Below, one piece after another: positions 58,921 to 64,000 of a DNA stretch of 64,000 nucleotides. Source of the stretch: Candidatus Melainabacteria bacterium 17Bon1m (GTDB lineage Bacteria > Cyanobacteriota > Vampirovibrionia > Obscuribacterales > Obscuribacteraceae); the NCBI GenBank assembly GCA_032128875.1, contig JAVLKG010000003.1, positions 577,008 through 641,007 on the forward strand. The letters run 5' to 3'. The notes under the pieces were generated by a model that was not told the DNA's origin, did not search any database, and worked only from the letters and a program-made list of their open reading frames with translations. Each line of letters opens with the position of its first letter. The first letter of the stretch is position 1. The translations under genes and the position numbers were made by a program.

Positions 58921-61551
58921 ATGACCCTCAAAGAAGCTGAGGAGCTCATGTTTAAAAACTCATCGATTGAAAGTGCAACCATTCAAAAGCGTCGCCATCA
59001 CAGTGCTTTGGCTCTATCGTTGAGTCTGGCACTTCTGGTGCCGACGCTATCTCCTTTGGTGAGTGAAGCGAAGTCCAAGGAAAAGACGGCGTCCCCCGCT
59101 TCAGAGAAAGCTGAATCAAAGTCTGACTCGAAAGTCGAACCAAAAACCGAATCAAAACCAGAGTCTAAAAGCGACTCCAAAACCGACTCCAAAAGCGACT
59201 CCAAAACCGAATCTAAAAAAACATCAGCGAAAGAAGAGAAAACTGCGAAAGTAGAGAAGCCTGTAAAAGCAGAGAAGAAAAGCAACGCCGACAAAGCAGT
59301 GCCTGCCGTTGAGGGAGGGAAAGCCGACCAGCCGCTTGGAGTCATTGGACTGCCCAGCCCCATCGCCAAAATGATCAATCAAGGTCGCTGGCGTGAAGCG
59401 AGCCAATTGCTCGAGGCCAGAACCAAGAAAGAAGCGGACGTGAATCGCGACAATGCTTGGCTGGCATTCGCATACTTGTTTTTGGGCAAGAGCGACGAGC
59501 TGAAAAAGCTTGCCGAGGATTGTGAGAAGCAAGCGCCAAAGAGCCCGTATACGCTTTTGGTTAAAGGCTTCAACCTTACGTTGGACGGCAAATTTGAAGA
59601 AGCTGAAAAGCTGTTTTTGACTTTGCCCAAACAATTTGGTGCAGATCCACTGGCTAACTTTGCACTGGCTCTCGTCACTGCAAAGCAAGGCAAAGCTTCA
59701 GCGGCTGCGCAGTATTGCCAAACGGCAGTCGAGCTTGACCCGCAGTTTGCCTGGGGTTTTCGCACACTGGGTTATCTGCAGCAACGCTGGCTTGAAGATA
59801 TCGGCAAAGCAGAAGAAGCTTACGCCAAGGCGCTTGAAATTGAGCCAGGTATGACTGAAGCTCAAGACGCGTTGGTTGATCTTCGCTTGTCGAAAAATGA
59901 CTTCGATGGTGCAATCGATGTGGCTAAAAGTGCCATCAAAGCCGGACCTAAGGTCGCAACCAATCACTACCGACTTTCGCAAATCTATACTGAGCAATGG
60001 CGCTTGCGCGATGCGCTCGAAATTTTGCAAGACGCAATCGACCTTGATGCTACTAATCCGCGTTTCTTCAGAAGTCGCGCATCCATCAAGAGTTTTCAGG
60101 GCAATTTGAACGGCGCTATCGCCGACCAGCAGAAGGCTGTAGAGCTAAGCAAAGACAAGCCGTTTGAATTGATCGAGCTTTCAAACATGAACGTCCTTGC
60201 CGGCAACAATAATCGCGCGGCGGAGAATTTGGCTGAAGCCATAAAGATTGAGCCGGATAACCAGGCAGCGCACGACAAGTTGTATCGCATTCTTTCTCAG
60301 GAAAAGCGTTTTGACGACATGGTCGCCGAAGGGCGCCGAATGGCTGAGCGAAAGCCGAAAGAAGTTCGCTATCGTATGGAGTACGCCTATGCTTTGGCAC
60401 AAGCGAAGCGACTAGATGAGGCAGTCGAGCAGTATAAAGTGGCTGCAGGGCTGACGAACACTGATCCAGAACCGTGGCGCAGGCTCGGCGCACTCTATAT
60501 AGGTAAGAAGGACTGGTCGTCTGCGCAGCGCGCGTTCACCAATGCGCTCAACATCAATCCAACTTCAGTTGCCGACTTGTCGGCTCTTGGTTTTTGCTAT
60601 GCCGAAGACGATGAGTATATGAAAGCGGAAGCGGCTTTTGTGACCGCTCTTGCCTTGCAGCAACTAACGCCACCCAATCAGCAAACTGGACCAAGCAAGA
60701 TTGATTTGATGCGATCGCTGGCAGGTTTGTTCTTCGCGGAAGGTCGTTTTTCTGATGCCGCGACGCAGTACGAAAACATAGTGATGCTGACGAGAAACAC
60801 TCCGCAGAGTTCATTTGATATGTTTATGCTGCTTAAGGCCAAGGCAATGCGTGATTTGACGAAGCAGTCTGCGCTGCATCTTCAAGAGGCATTTCAAAAA
60901 CTCGACAAAGAGCAAAAAGCACGCGAGACGGTTCCGCTAGCCGACGCCTTGCTGAAATCTGGCGCTATTACTGAAGTTCTTGTTCTTTTGCCTGAAGATC
61001 TTTCGGGCGTTTATCCGAAGCATTTGGCTGATGCGATGCAAACCCGAGCTAAAGCTCTTGCAGTAAAAGGCGAGCTCGACCAAGCGATTGCGGTGGCAAC
61101 AAAAGCGACCGAATTGAAGGATATCGACTATGAGCAAAAGTCTGATGCCTGGTTCGTTTTGTCAGAATTGCAACTGATGAAAAAAGATCTTGCTGGAGCT
61201 GAAGCGTCGGCAAACCGGGCTCTGGAAGCTTATGTGAAATCTCCGGAAGCTTATGCAATGCTCGGCAAAGTTGCGCTTTTGAAAAACGACAGCAAGGCCG
61301 CGATGAGCCATGCAAAACGGGCTCTGGAGCTAAATCCTTATTACGCCGGTGCGTATTTGCTGCGAGGTGATGCACAGATGGCGACGGGTGCTATTAAGGA
61401 AGCGAAGGACAGTTATCGCAAAGCCGTAGAACTTTATCCAGGTTCTCTGGAAGCGCATAAAGCACTGCTGCAGTCGCTGAAGAAGCTCGCCCTGACTGAT
61501 GAAGCGAAGCATGAAGAAGAGCAGATTACTCAGCTTGAGTCATTGCGTTAA
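58921..61551 (+). CDS. Secreted multi-TPR protein
   Basis: Signal peptide, (SKxD/E)n linker, many TPR units. Confidence 0.88.
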   Translation: MTLKEAEELMFKNSSIESATIQKRRHHSALALSLSLALLVPTLSPLVSEAKSKEKTASPASEKAESKSDSKVEPKTESKPESKSDSKTDSKSDSKTESKKTSAKEEKTAKVEKPVKAEKKSNADKAVPAVEGGKADQPLGVIGLPSPIAKMINQGRWREASQLLEARTKKEADVNRDNAWLAFAYLFLGKSDELKKLAEDCEKQAPKSPYTLLVKGFNLTLDGKFEEAEKLFLTLPKQFGADPLANFALALVTAKQGKASAAAQYCQTAVELDPQFAWGFRTLGYLQQRWLEDIGKAEEAYAKALEIEPGMTEAQDALVDLRLSKNDFDGAIDVAKSAIKAGPKVATNHYRLSQIYTEQWRLRDALEILQDAIDLDATNPRFFRSRASIKSFQGNLNGAIADQQKAVELSKDKPFELIELSNMNVLAGNNNRAAENLAEAIKIEPDNQAAHDKLYRILSQEKRFDDMVAEGRRMAERKPKEVRYRMEYAYALAQAKRLDEAVEQYKVAAGLTNTDPEPWRRLGALYIGKKDWSSAQRAFTNALNINPTSVADLSALGFCYAEDDEYMKAEAAFVTALALQQLTPPNQQTGPSKIDLMRSLAGLFFAEGRFSDAATQYENIVMLTRNTPQSSFDMFMLLKAKAMRDLTKQSALHLQEAFQKLDKEQKARETVPLADALLKSGAITEVLVLLPEDLSGVYPKHLADAMQTRAKALAVKGELDQAIAVATKATELKDIDYEQKSDAWFVLSELQLMKKDLAGAEASANRALEAYVKSPEAYAMLGKVALLKNDSKAAMSHAKRALELNPYYAGAYLLRGDAQMATGAIKEAKDSYRKAVELYPGSLEAHKALLQSLKKLALTDEAKHEEEQITQLESLR

Positions 61552-61765
61552 GTCACAGTAAAACATCAAGTCACGCGTTAGAAAGCCGGGATGCGCAAGC
61601 GGCGTCTGGGCAATATCAACTTGTAGTACGGAACATAACAAACGCGAAGGCGTCTACCTAGGGAGTTGAATCCACTAGGAATTGCCGTTGAATCGGCTTT
61701 CGAATTCGCTGATAGAGTCTGCATCCAGACTCAGCTTTTAGCTCAATTTTATAAGGAATTGCGTC

Positions 61766-62305
61766 ATGAATCTGCTCGAGCCATTTGTATTTTTTGCATC
61801 TGTGGTCTTGTGCTTCATTGCCGCGGCTATAGGTAGTCACTACACTGAAAAGTCGGTCGACTCCTGGTATCCATCGCTCAATAAGCCTGCCTTCACGCCA
61901 CCGGACTGGGTATTTCCAGTTGTCTGGTCGGTTTTGTATTTCCTGATGGGCATCTCGCTTGCAACTGTTCTAACCACAGGGACACACGAGCAGATCGGGC
62001 TGCCAGTAAGCCTCTTTGCCCTTCAACTTCTGTTGAATATGGCTTGGTCTTACATATTTTTCGGACAGAAAAATCCGATCGGCGGTTTTGTCACCGTGGC
62101 ACTTCTCTGGTTTACCGTTGCATTTACGACTTTGTCGTTTGCCAGCGTAGCCTTCGAAGCAGGATTAATGCTTGTACCTTACTTGCTCTGGGTTTCGTTT
62201 GCGTTGGTATTAAACTGGGGCATCGTGAGAGCCAATCATCGCATTAAGCCAGTTAGTCAATATCCGGCTTTTCCGCGCCATAACTCAACACCATTGCCAC
62301 ACTAA
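61766..62305 (+). CDS. tspO: TspO/MBR tryptophan-rich sensory protein
   Basis: WYPSLNKPAFTPPDWVFPVVWSVLY, QLLLNMAWSYIFF, LVPYLLWVSFA. Confidence 0.92.
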   Translation: MNLLEPFVFFASVVLCFIAAAIGSHYTEKSVDSWYPSLNKPAFTPPDWVFPVVWSVLYFLMGISLATVLTTGTHEQIGLPVSLFALQLLLNMAWSYIFFGQKNPIGGFVTVALLWFTVAFTTLSFASVAFEAGLMLVPYLLWVSFALVLNWGIVRANHRIKPVSQYPAFPRHNSTPLPH

Positions 62306-62342
62306 GTTGGCAAGCATAGAGGAGCTCTACAGGCACTATATG

Positions 62343-62365
62343 AGGGACGCGAAAGCGTCCCTTTT
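62343..62365 (+). terminator. Intrinsic terminator after tspO
   Basis: AGGGACGC-GAAA-GCGTCCCT-TTT, between convergent genes. Confidence 0.8.
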
Positions 62366-62382
62366 GCTTGCGGACAGTTAAA

Positions 62383-63852
62383 TCACTTCGCAGAAGCAGG
62401 AACGGCTTTCAGTTGCTTGAATGCTTCGAGTGCTCGTTCGCGTGCAAATGAATGATCAACGACCGGCTTAGGATAGTTTTTCCCAAGCTCTACTCCGTGT
62501 GCTTTGAGAACCTCGGCCGGAGCGTCCCAAGGCTTATGTATCCATTGTTTTGGAAGCTGTGCCAATTCAGGCACCCACTTACGAATGTACTTTCCGTCCG
62601 GGTCGAATTTCTCGCTTTGCAAAACAGGATTGAAGATTCGAAAGTAGGGCGCAGCGTCAGCCCCACATCCAGCCGACCATTGCCAGCCGAGTGTGTTATT
62701 TGCCAGGTCCGCGTCCACCAGCGTGTCCCAGAACCACTCGGCGCCATCCTGCCAGGATAGTAGCAAGTGCTTCACAAGAAACGACGCCACAACCATACGC
62801 ACGCGATTGTGCATCCAGCCTGTGTGCCAGAGTTCCCTCATGCCGGCATCAACGAGCGGATAGCCGGTTTGTCCTTTTTGCCAGGCCTTCAAAAGCTTCT
62901 TATCGTCGCGCCAGGGGAAACGTTCGAATTCCGGACGCAGCGGCGCTTTTGCCGTGAGTGGGAAATGATAGAGAAGGTGATGGGCAAACTCTCGCCAAAC
63001 TATCTCCTTCAAATAGGTAGATTTTCCTTCTCGACCTATTGCAGATTTGTCGATTTCTTTGACAGCGTGCCAGATGGTGCGTGGACTGATTTCGCCAAAA
63101 TGCAGATGCGGCGAAAGACGCGAAGTGCCAACCACGGCGGGACGATCCCGGTCGGTCGTGTAGTCGTCGATGATACCTTCCAGAAAGGTCTTCAGGTTTT
63201 CTTTCGCCCCCTTTTCACCGGGCGTCCAGGCTTCTTCCATTCCATCCGTCCAATTGATCTGAGGTAAAAGCCTCAAATCTGCGATTGAAACTGTTTGGAT
63301 TTTCTTTGTCGGCGCAATCAGCTTTTGGGGCTTTCCAATTGGCGCCGGCGGTGTGACTAGAGCAGTCGCGGTTTTGTAATATGCGGTGAAAACTTTGTAG
63401 GGCTCATTCTTTCCATTCAATACTTGCCATGGTTCGAACAGAAGATTGCCGTTAAAACTGCGTGCATCGATGCCATCTTTTACGAGCGCGCCTTTCATGT
63501 TTTTGTCGCGAATGATTGTAGAAGGCTCATAGCGACGGTTCCAGAAAACCGCATGGGCTCCCATTTCTTTCGCGAAATCTCTCAAGACGGTAAGGCTATA
63601 TCCGCGTTTTACAATCAGTGGCGAACCCAATTTTGCCAGCGATTCTGCTAACTCGGTTAGTGAGTGATGCAACCACCAGCGTGTAGCACCGCCGGGCTCC
63701 CAATCCCCTTCTTCTTCAGGCGACCAAATAAATAGTGGTATCACAGGAGCACCACTATCCGCCGCCGCCGATAGAGCAGGGTTATCGTCGATTCTCAAGT
63801 CTTGTCGAAACCAGACTATTACAGGTGCTTTGCTGGGAGCCGTAGCTTCCAT
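62383..63852 (-). CDS. phrB: Deoxyribodipyrimidine photolyase (cryptochrome/photolyase family)
   Basis: WFRQDLRIDDNPAL, TSRLSPHLHFGEIS, WREF, GQTGYPLVDAGMREL, MHNRVRM, GWQWSAG, PYFRIFNP. Confidence 0.93.
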   Translation of the reverse strand: MEATAPSKAPVIVWFRQDLRIDDNPALSAAADSGAPVIPLFIWSPEEEGDWEPGGATRWWLHHSLTELAESLAKLGSPLIVKRGYSLTVLRDFAKEMGAHAVFWNRRYEPSTIIRDKNMKGALVKDGIDARSFNGNLLFEPWQVLNGKNEPYKVFTAYYKTATALVTPPAPIGKPQKLIAPTKKIQTVSIADLRLLPQINWTDGMEEAWTPGEKGAKENLKTFLEGIIDDYTTDRDRPAVVGTSRLSPHLHFGEISPRTIWHAVKEIDKSAIGREGKSTYLKEIVWREFAHHLLYHFPLTAKAPLRPEFERFPWRDDKKLLKAWQKGQTGYPLVDAGMRELWHTGWMHNRVRMVVASFLVKHLLLSWQDGAEWFWDTLVDADLANNTLGWQWSAGCGADAAPYFRIFNPVLQSEKFDPDGKYIRKWVPELAQLPKQWIHKPWDAPAEVLKAHGVELGKNYPKPVVDHSFARERALEAFKQLKAVPASAK

Positions 63853-64000
63853 TTATTTCCTCTGCGAGGCGTTGATGCCTCTTGCGCAGTTCTTCATGTG
63901 TTCTGCTTCCGCTTCTCGGAATGTTTTCGCAAGAAGGTCGGCATAACTTTCAAGCACGATGGCAACTTCTGGGTGTTGCGGTCCGAGCTTCTTCATGCGA
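63853..64000 (-). CDS. C-terminal end of a TPR protein (truncated by window edge)
   Basis: Translates RMKKLGPQHPEVAIVLESYADLLAKTFREAEAEHMKNCARGINASQRK*; the LGPxHP motif is kinesin-light-chain-like TPR. Stop codon abuts the photolyase ATG. Confidence 0.75.
   Translation of the reverse strand, partial: RMKKLGPQHPEVAIVLESYADLLAKTFREAEAEHMKNCARGINASQRK

Overview
This is a gene-dense bacterial chromosomal window. The gene repertoire and the many TPR/low-complexity proteins suggest a non-photosynthetic cyanobacterial relative (Vampirovibrionia/Obscuribacterales-like); that assignment is inference, not established. Housekeeping genes include hutH, lnt, recA, a Crp/Fnr regulator, tRNA-Arg(CCG), a sigma-70 factor, addB/addA-like helicase-nuclease, kdpDE-like genes with an APC transporter, an MBOAT/SGNH/GT-C operon, a short-type aspS, a GT28 glycolipid synthase, a rhomboid-TPR fusion, yqeG, uppS, mutS, tspO and photolyase. 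The top finding lies upstream of aspS and has the full layout of a ribosome-mediated transcription attenuator: a leader peptide with 11 consecutive Asn/Asp codons (DNNNNNDNDNN), an ~18-bp antiterminator and a mutually exclusive intrinsic terminator. The second finding is a tRNA-adjacent accessory locus. It holds a 1727-aa protein with annexin-like repeats and a C-terminal papain/calpain-like Q-C-H-N motif set, followed by three tandem PsbP/DUF1795-like paralogues: one intact, one precisely deleted between QSS microhomologies, one frameshifted. All family assignments come from motif recognition by eye; no searches were run.
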